The translations under genes were made by a program, and so were the position numbers. A DNA stretch of 64,000 bases from Methanobacteriota archaeon (lineage in GTDB: Archaea > Thermoplasmatota > Thermoplasmata > SG8-5 > JAGLSY01): positions 416,001 through 480,000 of the forward strand of contig JAEHCO010000001.1 in the NCBI GenBank assembly GCA_020697715.1, written 5' to 3'. Positions 11,332 to 20,309 of this stretch are shown one piece after another; within the stretch, counting starts at the first letter, position 1; the number at the start of each line of letters is the position of its first letter. The notes below the pieces were generated by a model. It did not search any database. It was not told the origin of the DNA and was given only the letters and a program-made list of their open reading frames with translations.

Positions 11332-12288
11332 ATGGAGAGGTTAGCAATGACGAGTTCAGCCATTGATACGAAGATCACCAAAACGAAGTCTATCGATGCC
11401 AGTAATACAGCGAAAGCATACTGCCCTGGCCACATAACCGGGATATTCACTATCGAGGATCAGGATCCAAATATTTTGAAGAAAGGCTCGAGGGGCCTGG
11501 GCTTCTGTACAGAGCTGGGGGCCATATCCGAGGTAGTATTTCAACCTGGAAATGGAGCACTGGACATAATCGTCAATGGCCGAACATCTATTTCTCCAGT
11601 CACAAAAAAAGCTTTGGACCACATGGTCCCAAAGCTCAGCCTGGATCTAGATATCAATATTGAACTTCAAGCTCCTATCGGTCAGGGATTTGGTATGAGT
11701 GCGGCAGGTACGATGGCGACATGCCTGGCTGTTGCCACATATCTTAACCTTCCAGCTCCTGAGATACAAGCTCTGAAGGCCACGCACATGGCCGAGGTCG
11801 AATTGGGGGCGGGCTTGGGGGACGCGATAGCACAGACAACAGGTGGTTTCGTACACCGCCTGGCTCCTGGTATTTCCAGCCTCAATAATGCAATAAGACT
11901 CGATACACCAGATACTGAAGTGATATTCTGTATACTGGGCGGAGAGCTAAGCACCAGGAGTATAATCCAGCATCCGGAAAAAAAGAAAATAATTTCTCAA
12001 GAGGGGGCGAAATACCTGACCGAGTTCGAGAAAAAGTCGAATTTCAATGATTTCCTCACCCTATCTGGCAAATTCTCGAAAAGCACTGGCCTTCTGACCA
12101 ACGAGATGTCAGAAGTTCTATTGAAGGTCAGCAATCTATGTAGGGGGAGCATGGTGATGCTTGGCAATAATGTGTTCTGCGTTCCTGACGATCCTTCCGA
12201 TATTCCCGATCTGGAAGATAGACTGGCAAATTATGGAAATGTTATCAGGACCAAGATCACCAAGGCCAAACCAATTATTTTACCCTGA
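11332..12288 (+). CDS. Pantoate kinase (GHMP kinase family)
   Basis: AYCPGHITGIF, GSRGLG, PIGQGFGMSAAG, HMAEV..G.GLGD and MVMLGN. Lies next to coaBC. Confidence 0.88.
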   Translation: MERLAMTSSAIDTKITKTKSIDASNTAKAYCPGHITGIFTIEDQDPNILKKGSRGLGFCTELGAISEVVFQPGNGALDIIVNGRTSISPVTKKALDHMVPKLSLDLDINIELQAPIGQGFGMSAAGTMATCLAVATYLNLPAPEIQALKATHMAEVELGAGLGDAIAQTTGGFVHRLAPGISSLNNAIRLDTPDTEVIFCILGGELSTRSIIQHPEKKKIISQEGAKYLTEFEKKSNFNDFLTLSGKFSKSTGLLTNEMSEVLLKVSNLCRGSMVMLGNNVFCVPDDPSDIPDLEDRLANYGNVIRTKITKAKPIILP

Positions 12289-12346
12289 ATAGTCAGGGAA
12301 ACGTTTAATACAGCATTCACAATTATGAAAGTGGTGGTGAGAGAAA

Positions 12347-12685
12347 ATGTTAGTAGACATATTTGCGATAATAGCAGGATTAGTATTGTTGACAGGAGTT
12401 CTGGGAGTTATTCCAGCCCTGGGAGAACACTTGGAGAAATTGGCCAAATGGCTGGGATCATTCCAGACCATAATCGGTATCATAGCTCTTTTGCTTGGTA
12501 TATTCAATCTAGGAAGCCTATCTGGCATCATGCTGGTGCTAGCTGGACTTATACTTATGATGGGAATACTTCCAGCAATTCCCGCGCTCGGAGAGCACTT
12601 GGAAAAACTGGCTAAGATACTTGCTGGCGTTCAGGTACCAATTGGTGTCATAACCCTTATAGTCGGTCTCCTTGGACTGTTCTAA
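12347..12685 (+). CDS. Small 4-TM membrane protein made of two internal repeats
   Basis: IPALGEHLEKLAK occurs twice; the rest is hydrophobic. GTGGTGAG lies upstream. Confidence 0.7.
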   Translation: MLVDIFAIIAGLVLLTGVLGVIPALGEHLEKLAKWLGSFQTIIGIIALLLGIFNLGSLSGIMLVLAGLILMMGILPAIPALGEHLEKLAKILAGVQVPIGVITLIVGLLGLF

Positions 12686-12757
12686 ACCAGAACATGAAAT
12701 ATACACGATATTTAAGATAATGAACACTAGATCAAAAGAACTATAGGAGTGGAATAA

Positions 12758-13582
12758 ATGGCAATAGAATTATTTGGATACGGACTGGAGGACGAGATAT
12801 ATGCAGCAATAAGCCTGCTGGATATCATACTGTTCCTCGTTGTTTTGGTGGTCGGGATTATCATCGCGCGTGTGGTAGCTGGCTCCGTAAAGAACAAATT
12901 GAACAAGATGAATGCTGGCGAGATACTCGCTGATTTTGCATCACGAATATTGAGAATAATATTGTATGTTTTCGTTATCGGGATTGCAATCGGTTTCCTT
13001 GGCGTGAATGTCGGAGCCGCTCTGGTCAGTGTATCGGTCGTGCTTGGCTTCGTACTTGGTTTCGCATTGGGCGACACCCTGAGCAACTTCGCCGCTGGAT
13101 TCATGATAGCCATAACCAAACCCTTCAAGAAAGGCGATTATATCGATGTCGCTGGTCAGTCTGGCTCTGTCAAGAGCGTGGGTATAAGCATAACCGAGCT
13201 CAATACACCGGACAACAAACACATCATCATACCCAACAAAGCAGTCTGGGGGGGTGCTATTGTGAACTATTCCAAACACACACTCAGAAGAGTGGATATG
13301 AAAACAGGCGTAGGATATGACGATAACCTGGATCTGGCCCTCAAGACCACGATGGATATAGTGACAGCTCATCCAAAGGTTTTGAAGGATCCCGCACCAC
13401 AGGTGGTAATAGCCGAGATGGCCGATTCTTCGGTCAATATCGTCATCAGGCCATGGTCCAAGAACGCGGACTACTGGGATGTGTTCTTCGACCTCCAGAA
13501 AGCCCTCAAGGAAGGCTATGACAAGGCCGGTCTGAGCATACCATATCCACAGACCGATGTTCATATGATCGAGAAGAATTAG
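12758..13582 (+). CDS. mscS: Small-conductance mechanosensitive channel (MscS family)
   Basis: Three TMs, GFALGDTLSNFAAG, PFKKGDYI, IIPN and IPYPQ. Confidence 0.92.
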   Translation: MAIELFGYGLEDEIYAAISLLDIILFLVVLVVGIIIARVVAGSVKNKLNKMNAGEILADFASRILRIILYVFVIGIAIGFLGVNVGAALVSVSVVLGFVLGFALGDTLSNFAAGFMIAITKPFKKGDYIDVAGQSGSVKSVGISITELNTPDNKHIIIPNKAVWGGAIVNYSKHTLRRVDMKTGVGYDDNLDLALKTTMDIVTAHPKVLKDPAPQVVIAEMADSSVNIVIRPWSKNADYWDVFFDLQKALKEGYDKAGLSIPYPQTDVHMIEKN

Positions 13583-13627
13583 ATCATAATACCAAACACA
13601 ATACAAGTGAACGAGAAGAAAGAGTAA

Positions 13628-13652
13628 TGGCACGGGGTTCAAACCCGTGCCA
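13628..13652. terminator. Hairpin between convergent mscS and bioY
   Basis: TGGCACGGG-gttcaaa-CCCGTGCCA, a perfect 9-bp stem. Confidence 0.55.
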
Positions 13653-13694
13653 CCTTTAACATTTTTGAAATTTTTATTTGTCTATCTAGAGGTT

Positions 13695-14288
13695 TTAAAC
13701 GCTCTGCCTGGTGGTTATCACCCTGCTCACAGAAGCAGCGGCAATTGCCTTGATAGCGTCCCCAATTATGAAAGGAATGACAGCCAGTGTCAATACTTGC
13801 ATGACGCCGTAGCCGGTCATTATGCCGAACCACAGGGCTCCGAGGGCGTAGATGATGCCGACACCGACCATCATCAAGGCCAGCAAGTTGTGGAAGTTCC
13901 TTGTTTTGTAATACTTCTCAACAGCCCAGCCTATTATCGCTGCCGCAATTACAAATCCCACCAGATATCCCAATGTGAACATGCCTGTGACACCAGCCAG
14001 CCATGGGACACCAGCGAGACCAAGGCCAACATACAGGCCTTGGCTCAATGCACCGAACCTGCTGCCGAGAATTACACCTGCTAGAAGGACTGCGAAGACC
14101 TGGCCAGTAAGTGGGATCGGGTTGCCAGGCATGAAGAATTTCACTTGTGCCAGAAGCCCAGTTAAACATGCGAAGCTCAGTGCGAGCATGACCTTGCGTG
14201 CAAAGTCCAGTTCATTCTGCCATTCATAGAACCTGTGTCTCAGGAACCTGTACTTGTTTACGGAAACATTAACATTCACGATATTCAC
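13695..14288 (-). CDS. bioY: Biotin transporter BioY
   Basis: PIPLTGQVFAVLLAG, YVGLGLAGVP, GYLVGF, IIYALG and PFIIGD.IK. Confidence 0.92.
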   Translation of the reverse strand: MNIVNVNVSVNKYRFLRHRFYEWQNELDFARKVMLALSFACLTGLLAQVKFFMPGNPIPLTGQVFAVLLAGVILGSRFGALSQGLYVGLGLAGVPWLAGVTGMFTLGYLVGFVIAAAIIGWAVEKYYKTRNFHNLLALMMVGVGIIYALGALWFGIMTGYGVMQVLTLAVIPFIIGDAIKAIAAASVSRVITTRQSV

Positions 14289-14397
14289 CCCAGGGGTTGT
14301 GACCGTGCATGGCGATTCAATATTTAATTTTACTTACACTGAATAATTAAATGTTATGATATTGGAACTGGATATATTACTAGAAACCGTCAATACT

Positions 14398-14694
14398 CTA
14401 TTCAAAAAGCGTGAATAGCTGATCATCCTCTCCAACATCAAATAACCCAAGTCTGGCTCCCGCATCCAGCCAGCCATGCGCGTAGTTCACACAAGCAAAG
14501 GCATTGATGTGATCTCCTGTTTCGAAAAAATGCTCCGCATCTTCAAAATAAGCCTTTGCCATTTTGAGATAATCATCCGCCGCCGTCCTCATGAAGGACC
14601 GTTCTGGGGCGATTATCTTCAATTTCCCCAATGCCTTTCTGGTCTTTTCCAGATATTGTGCCAAATGCTCTTCTGAGACTGTATCTCTTTCCAT
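14398..14694 (-). CDS. DUF357 family protein
   Basis: MAKAYFEDAEHF...AFACVNYAHGWLDAGARLGLF. Confidence 0.85.
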   Translation of the reverse strand: MERDTVSEEHLAQYLEKTRKALGKLKIIAPERSFMRTAADDYLKMAKAYFEDAEHFFETGDHINAFACVNYAHGWLDAGARLGLFDVGEDDQLFTLFE

Positions 14695-15286
14695 CGGACA
14701 CAGATATGCGTTTATCATTAAATACATATGCGCCCAGATGCGTGCTCATGTACGCGATGAAACAATTGATCTCGTCTATCATGTCCATCTCCCATTCGTC
14801 CCCTAATTTCTGCTTCATATTCTCTTTGTGGATCACGTAGGCATAGACACAGACTATTGCCAAATAATTCAGGGCCAGTATGAGGATATTATTCCACGTG
14901 ATCCCCTGAAAATAAACATCGGATGACAATGGGAAAATAAATCTGGTCGCGAACGTACTGGTCTCATGGAAGGGAATATCCAGAAGTATGTGGATGACCC
15001 AGCCAGAGAGGGCGGGAAGAAGTCTGGGTTTTAGTTTCCAGAGTATGATGCCGACAATGAAAACCGTGATAAAACTATGTAGCATGAAATAAATATCGAG
15101 GAATATCTGTGGAATTGTCCTCATCGCGTCACTATAGGTGATCTGGCCTGGCGACCAGAACATGGAATAGAACATTATGAGCAAAAATCCCACGTCTGGA
15201 AGCATGGCGAAAAACAATGCCTCGCTATGCCAGATCTTGTTCCGTGTGGGGATGTGCACCCATAGAATATGAGAGAAGAAATCCAT
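14573..15286 (-). CDS. Membrane-bound metal-dependent hydrolase (YdjM-like); 3' end uncertain
   Basis: MDFFSH, AMLPD, LHS and HILLD motifs with several TMs. The ORF tail overlaps the DUF357 gene. Confidence 0.7.
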   Translation of the reverse strand: MDFFSHILWVHIPTRNKIWHSEALFFAMLPDVGFLLIMFYSMFWSPGQITYSDAMRTIPQIFLDIYFMLHSFITVFIVGIILWKLKPRLLPALSGWVIHILLDIPFHETSTFATRFIFPLSSDVYFQGITWNNILILALNYLAIVCVYAYVIHKENMKQKLGDEWEMDMIDEINCFIAYMSTHLGAYVFNDKRISVSDGKRYSLRRAFGTISGKDQKGIGEIEDNRPRTVLHEDGGG

Positions 15287-15468
15287 TAATAAGAAATTGT
15301 TAGCCGACATATATAAATTAATTGGTACAGGTCTTTGTATAAACAAGTCATTTTCAGATAAAACATGGTCTTTTTATGGATTTTTCCAACCTCGATCAAA
15401 CAAACCAGTGTGAAGTATATGGAATATGAACCTAAATATTAAATATATCAATTATCAATCTACTGGCC

Positions 15469-16002
15469 ATGACAGAAGAGAAGGCTAGGCAGACCCGTGG
15501 AGGCGTGGTAAAAGGTTATGCCAAGTACATCAAGAAGAAATGGGGAACCGATGGTGTTTTGGCATGCCAGAGAGATATTGGAGAGCTGGGATTCGAGGTC
15601 AAAGAGGATGCCTGGTACCCTGAAGAAGTCAATGTCAAGATACTCCAATGGATCGCTGACAATTATGGATTAGAGTATGTGGAGAAGGCCGCGGCCTCCA
15701 CCATATCCGAGAGAGGTGTCGTAGCCTATGCGGCCAAGCTGGCGGGCATCAAGAAGGTTTTGGAGCGAGGGGTCGAGGACTATTACCGCAATTTCAATTA
15801 TGGGAAGATCGACATCGATATCAGTGACAATCAAGCCATGGTCACCTTGACAGATTCAACATCCAATGAGGTGGATTGTGTTTCCTGGAAAGGAGCTCTG
15901 AAAGGAGTGTACAAGCTCGTCAATAAGACTGGGGACGTGCAGGAGATAGAGTGTTGCCATAAAGGTAAGGGTGCGTGCAAGTTTCTTATGACGTGGGAAT
16001 AA
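15469..16002 (+). CDS. H-NOX/V4R-like hypothetical protein
   Basis: KGYAKYIKKKWG...WYPEE at the N-terminus and a C-terminal V4R-like EIECCHKGKGACKFLMTW. Confidence 0.6.
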   Translation: MTEEKARQTRGGVVKGYAKYIKKKWGTDGVLACQRDIGELGFEVKEDAWYPEEVNVKILQWIADNYGLEYVEKAAASTISERGVVAYAAKLAGIKKVLERGVEDYYRNFNYGKIDIDISDNQAMVTLTDSTSNEVDCVSWKGALKGVYKLVNKTGDVQEIECCHKGKGACKFLMTWE

Positions 16003-16061
16003 TGGCACGCTCTGCTATGTTTTTTAAATATTCAGCAATAGCCAGATAAATAAAGGATTAC

Positions 16062-16086
16062 CTGGCCTGCGTTTTTGGCAGGCCAG
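16062..16086. terminator. Hairpin between convergent genes
   Basis: CTGGCCTGC-gtttttg-GCAGGCCAG. Confidence 0.55.
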
Positions 16087-16094
16087 TATCAGCG

Positions 16095-17681
16095 TCACTC
16101 AATAATCTTCACAGATTCGCCACCATGCCTCGTCTCTCTTGGTCTGATCTGGACAAATAGAGGATTGGACACTCCACCACCACTGACGATCGCTATGCCA
16201 ATGGGTATGCGTTGTATCTCATCCGCCATTCCGGCTGATAAGCCTTCTACTGACGAGACAATGGCCTTGATATCATTTGGATTCGTAACCTTGAGAATGA
16301 CCTGGGTATTACACTGGCTCAGCACATTCTTATCCACTTTGGCCGCCCTCTGTGTGATGATCACCATGCCGAGTCCGAACTTCCTGCCTTCTGAAGCAAT
16401 GGTACGCATGATCTTGGACGAGTCCATCACTCCTTGCTGGGGGCAGTAATTATGCGCCTCTTCCACCACCATCAACATTGGTGGTATGGAATTGACCTTC
16501 CTCAGTTCGAAAAGCGCCGTGGCTATTCTGGCAACGATCAATGCCTGAATATCTGGAGGTGTCCCTCTCAGGTTCAGAATAGTGGTCATGCCTTTGACAA
16601 TGAGCTCGTTCATCTTGGTCCCGCGCTCGGCGAAGATGTCTATTGAATTGAGATATTCCAGTTCCTGTATGAGGGTTCCAACTCCCCCATCTTCCTCGGC
16701 TTCCAGAACTGTCATCAGCTCCCGCAGGCTGAAGGAGGCCTTGGTGGCCTTCAGAGCCTCGATCGCTTTCTTGAGCGCGGTCAGCTCCTTTCTTCCATTC
16801 TTGATATTGGTAAGATCCATCAGATCCTTCGGTTCCATATTGGACAATGTGAATTTCAGTGGTTTGGCATTGGGATTTATTTTCGTATCTGGTGAGAATT
16901 CCATGATCTTGTCCCTGTATGACCTTGGGCTGATGCCGAATTTCTCCGCACCATCGACCACCACGCCGGAATCCACCATGGAATTGTATTCCCCATGTGG
17001 ATCCACGATGAGCACGGTGACATCGTGTTTCATTAGCTCTTCAAGGATGACACCAGTCATGTAACTCTTACCACCACCAGTCTTGGCCAGAACAGACACG
17101 TGCTTCTGGACCATGGAATTGATATCCAATTCAATTCGAATATCATGGCCATTGAGCATTCCGATGAATGCCCCGGTCTTTGCATCTTCCTTTATGCCGA
17201 TCACATCACGTATCAGCTCATCATCAGCTGTTAGAACTGGCGAGCCAGCTTTAAATGGCGTACCCGGTACTTGAAGCAGGCCGCGGTCATCACGATATCC
17301 CAACATCGTGATCATCGCACTGACCCTTTCCTCAATGCTGACATGCTGACCTTCGGACATCAATTTCGCCTTGTCCAGTGAAAGGTTGGTCTTCCTCTCT
17401 ATGGAATCCACCTGGCCCAGAACCATACCACAGGCCTCGTGGGGCACCATGATGTACTCGGCTTTTTCCAAATGGCCTGTCACACTGCATTTGAAGGTCG
17501 TTGTCCCGACATCGCCGTAGATGATCCCGACAACGTTGGAGCCTGGTGCATGACCATCATGATTCGCCTCATTGAGATTATCATGGGTGTGATCATCCGT
17601 ATGATCTTCAAACGTATCTACATCGTTCTGGCCTTCGCTAACTGTGTCCGTATTCTCTTCATAATCTGAATTATCTTGCAT
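16095..17681 (-). CDS. HerA-like ATPase (HAS-barrel + DUF87 P-loop)
   Basis: N-terminal HAS-barrel-like region, KHVSVLAKTGGGKS, IVDPHGEY, VVEEAHNYCP, EGRKFG, ITQR and SQCNTQ. Acidic N-terminal extension. Confidence 0.88.
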   Translation of the reverse strand: MQDNSDYEENTDTVSEGQNDVDTFEDHTDDHTHDNLNEANHDGHAPGSNVVGIIYGDVGTTTFKCSVTGHLEKAEYIMVPHEACGMVLGQVDSIERKTNLSLDKAKLMSEGQHVSIEERVSAMITMLGYRDDRGLLQVPGTPFKAGSPVLTADDELIRDVIGIKEDAKTGAFIGMLNGHDIRIELDINSMVQKHVSVLAKTGGGKSYMTGVILEELMKHDVTVLIVDPHGEYNSMVDSGVVVDGAEKFGISPRSYRDKIMEFSPDTKINPNAKPLKFTLSNMEPKDLMDLTNIKNGRKELTALKKAIEALKATKASFSLRELMTVLEAEEDGGVGTLIQELEYLNSIDIFAERGTKMNELIVKGMTTILNLRGTPPDIQALIVARIATALFELRKVNSIPPMLMVVEEAHNYCPQQGVMDSSKIMRTIASEGRKFGLGMVIITQRAAKVDKNVLSQCNTQVILKVTNPNDIKAIVSSVEGLSAGMADEIQRIPIGIAIVSGGGVSNPLFVQIRPRETRHGGESVKIIE

Positions 17682-17880
17682 CCCATCCAAGATGAATCTC
17701 TCCATTCTATTTCGAAATTTCCGGAAACAATCACTTACGTTCTCGCTTCCATTCGCTTCCAATATGTCAAACAGTATATAATTAGGTGAATATAAATATA
17801 TGGGATAATCTGGTTATATAATATTTTGTTTATCAGGTCACAAATGAATGATCACTCGATATATTAACAATTGTTAGGTT

Positions 17881-17932
17881 AAACCATTATATATGGGTTT
17901 TCGGCTATACTAAATATATTCGGTATGCCGAA
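17881..17932 (+). promoter_or_regulatory. TATA box plus tandem DtxR/MntR-like palindromes upstream of the iron permease
   Basis: TTATATA inside AAACCATTATATATGGGTTT, then TTCGGCTATACTAAA (17900-17914) and TTCGGTATGCCGAA (17919-17932) just before GGAGG. Confidence 0.5.
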
Positions 17933-17946
17933 AAGGAGGCTAAATA

Positions 17947-18834
17947 ATGATAGGTCAATATTTGATAACATTCAGGGAAGTATTGGAAGCAGCATTGATA
18001 ACCAGTATAATTGCGGCATATTTTCTGAGAACCAATAGATATCATCTGATGAGGCATGTTTGGCTGGGCATTGGAATAGCGGTTTTGACAAGTATCTCGA
18101 TCGCAGTGATAGTTTCGATCTTTTATGGGGGTCTGTCCGAGGCTGGAGCCAAGTTATTCGAAGGGGTCGCCGCCCTGATAGCTGTGGCAGTTTTGACCAC
18201 TATGATAATTTGGATGGCCATCAAGGGCAAGAATATTAGGGAAGACATTGATGAGGATCTAAGCCAGACAGTTAAAAAAGGCACGGCTCTAGGTTTGGTT
18301 GGTTTTTCTTTCATCGTGGTCTTCAGGGAGGCATTTGAAACAGTATTGTTTTTGATACCCTTCGGAGCTTCAGACCCTGCTGGTACTATTGCAGGCGCGG
18401 TCCTGGGCTTGATATCCGCCCTAATCATATCATTGCTCATATTCAGAGTGGGGGTCAAGATCGATCTGGGAAAGTTCTTCTTCTTCACAAGCATATTGCT
18501 AATATTACTGGCTGCCGGGCTCTTCGGATACGGTGTTCATGAGATCATCTCATATCAAAAAGCTACAGGAACCGAGATAGGGTGGCTGGGTCAGTATGCA
18601 TATGAATTGGACATTTCCAAGGACAGCATATGGTACCACAAAGGCGCATTGGGCTCTATTTTTGCAGTTATGTTTGGCTATAGTGTGAAGATGGAATGGG
18701 CCAGGATAATTGTCCACATAGCTTATCTACTGATCTTCCTCCCTCTAACAATTGTCGCATATACCAAACCCCATTATCTTGACAGGGCTGTAGATTTTAT
18801 AATGCGGGTCAAAAACATTTCCAATGGTTCCTGA
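17947..18834 (+). CDS. FTR1 family high-affinity iron permease
   Basis: Two RExxE motifs (FREVLE, FREAFE) and multiple TMs. Confidence 0.92.
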   Translation: MIGQYLITFREVLEAALITSIIAAYFLRTNRYHLMRHVWLGIGIAVLTSISIAVIVSIFYGGLSEAGAKLFEGVAALIAVAVLTTMIIWMAIKGKNIREDIDEDLSQTVKKGTALGLVGFSFIVVFREAFETVLFLIPFGASDPAGTIAGAVLGLISALIISLLIFRVGVKIDLGKFFFFTSILLILLAAGLFGYGVHEIISYQKATGTEIGWLGQYAYELDISKDSIWYHKGALGSIFAVMFGYSVKMEWARIIVHIAYLLIFLPLTIVAYTKPHYLDRAVDFIMRVKNISNGS

Positions 18835-19888
18835 GATGAGTCTTTAGATCGGCCAGCATCTTCTCGGTAATTCTATCCAGCTTGTCCGCGGTATATCCAC
18901 CAGGGCGCTTGTATTCAGCTGGAGCCAATGCTCGATAGTCCACATCCAAGCCCTGTATACCGGCGAACATCGCCAGCCAGCCATAGGTTACGAAATCACC
19001 ATATCCACTGACCATCATGTCTATGAGCTTACCACATGCCCCATCTCCCTCGAACACGGCTTTTCTCACCTTGCTAGCCATCATGTTCAGACCATCATAA
19101 TCAAGGCCCAATAATGTCAGTTCATCCCCATGATAAGGATCTGAGCCTCCATTTCTTATTATGACGTCTGGCTTGAACTCATTCACCAGTGGTTGGAATA
19201 TATCGTCGATGGCCCATTCGTATTGAAAATATGACGAGTATGGCGGCATGGGGATATTCACGGTATAACCCTCCCCAGCTCCCACTCCGATCTCATTGAC
19301 AAACCCCCTGCCAGGATAAAGGGTCCTTGGATCCTGGTGTATGGAGATGAAAAGTACGCGTGGGTCATCATAGAATATGTCCATCGTGCCATTGCCTTGA
19401 TGAGCATCTGTATCGAAGATCAATACCCTCTTCTGGCCGTGTCTTTCCAGAAGAGCTTTTGCAGTTATGGCCACATCATTGTAGAGACAAAAACCCTCTC
19501 CATAATCCTTGCCCGCATGATGCAATCCTCCGAATGTGTGGACTATCCCGCCTTTCTCAAGCACTAGTTCAGCCGCTTGCAGACCAGACCCAACGATCAA
19601 TGATTGCACCCCGGTGACATCTGAATTCACCGGAGTGTCCATGGTGATCCGGCCATTGATCTTTTCCAGGTATTTGATATGTGCCAGATAATTATCATCA
19701 TGCACCATCCTAAGGTCTTCATCGGTGGCGGATATCAGGCCCATCTTGTGAATATCATCTATCAATTCGGCTTTTTTTAGAAGTCGAATAAAACTGGCAA
19801 ACCTCTCCGGGTGGAAGGGATGACCCTGCCCGAAGTTGAACTTCGCCAATTGCTCGCTGAAAAATATAGGGATATTATTATCACCCAT
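18809..19888 (-). CDS. Histone deacetylase / AcuC family protein
   Basis: HPFHPER, GGLHHA, GFCLYND, DTDAHQGNGT, SIHQ, YPG, NIPMP and GSD. Start taken at MGDNN. Confidence 0.9.
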   Translation of the reverse strand: MGDNNIPIFFSEQLAKFNFGQGHPFHPERFASFIRLLKKAELIDDIHKMGLISATDEDLRMVHDDNYLAHIKYLEKINGRITMDTPVNSDVTGVQSLIVGSGLQAAELVLEKGGIVHTFGGLHHAGKDYGEGFCLYNDVAITAKALLERHGQKRVLIFDTDAHQGNGTMDIFYDDPRVLFISIHQDPRTLYPGRGFVNEIGVGAGEGYTVNIPMPPYSSYFQYEWAIDDIFQPLVNEFKPDVIIRNGGSDPYHGDELTLLGLDYDGLNMMASKVRKAVFEGDGACGKLIDMMVSGYGDFVTYGWLAMFAGIQGLDVDYRALAPAEYKRPGGYTADKLDRITEKMLADLKTHLRNHWKCF

Positions 19889-19952
19889 GCTCGAGCCAGT
19901 GCTATCTTGTGGCAAATTCTCCAGTCCTTTGTAAATATTACTTATCGATTTA

Positions 19953-20216
19953 CTAGTTCTGGCGGCCGTCGTATCGTGATGCTTTCTCACGGTATTGACG
20001 GATCTGGGCTCTCACCTTGTTCATCTTGATTTCCATCTTCTGAGCCTTTGCCTCGAGCTTCGCTGCCTTCGCCCTGTATTTAGCAGCTTTAGCCTGGTTC
20101 TTCGCATCCTTCTGCATCTGTTTGGCTTCTCTGGTCATCTGCTTGGCATCTTTCTTCATCGCCTTCGCATCGCCAGCCATCGCCCTGGAGTCATCATAGC
20201 TACTCATAATTATCAA
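19953..20216 (-). CDS. Small basic coiled-coil protein
   Basis: Heptad repeats DAKAMKK/DAKQMTR/EAKQMQK/DAKNQAK; K/A/Q-rich. Confidence 0.55.
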   Translation of the reverse strand: MIIMSSYDDSRAMAGDAKAMKKDAKQMTREAKQMQKDAKNQAKAAKYRAKAAKLEAKAQKMEIKMNKVRAQIRQYREKASRYDGRQN

Positions 20217-20309
20217 CCATTAATAGTCCTGGGATGATATAAGGTTTTACATTTGGAGCAGGAAGGGCCGGGGATAATAAATTTATAGCTAATCAGGATA
20301 AGAGTATCA

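Noticed and set aside
13628-13652. tRNA fragment (GGTTCAAACCC T-loop-like)
   Set aside because: No D-arm or anticodon arm. It is a simple hairpin between convergent genes.
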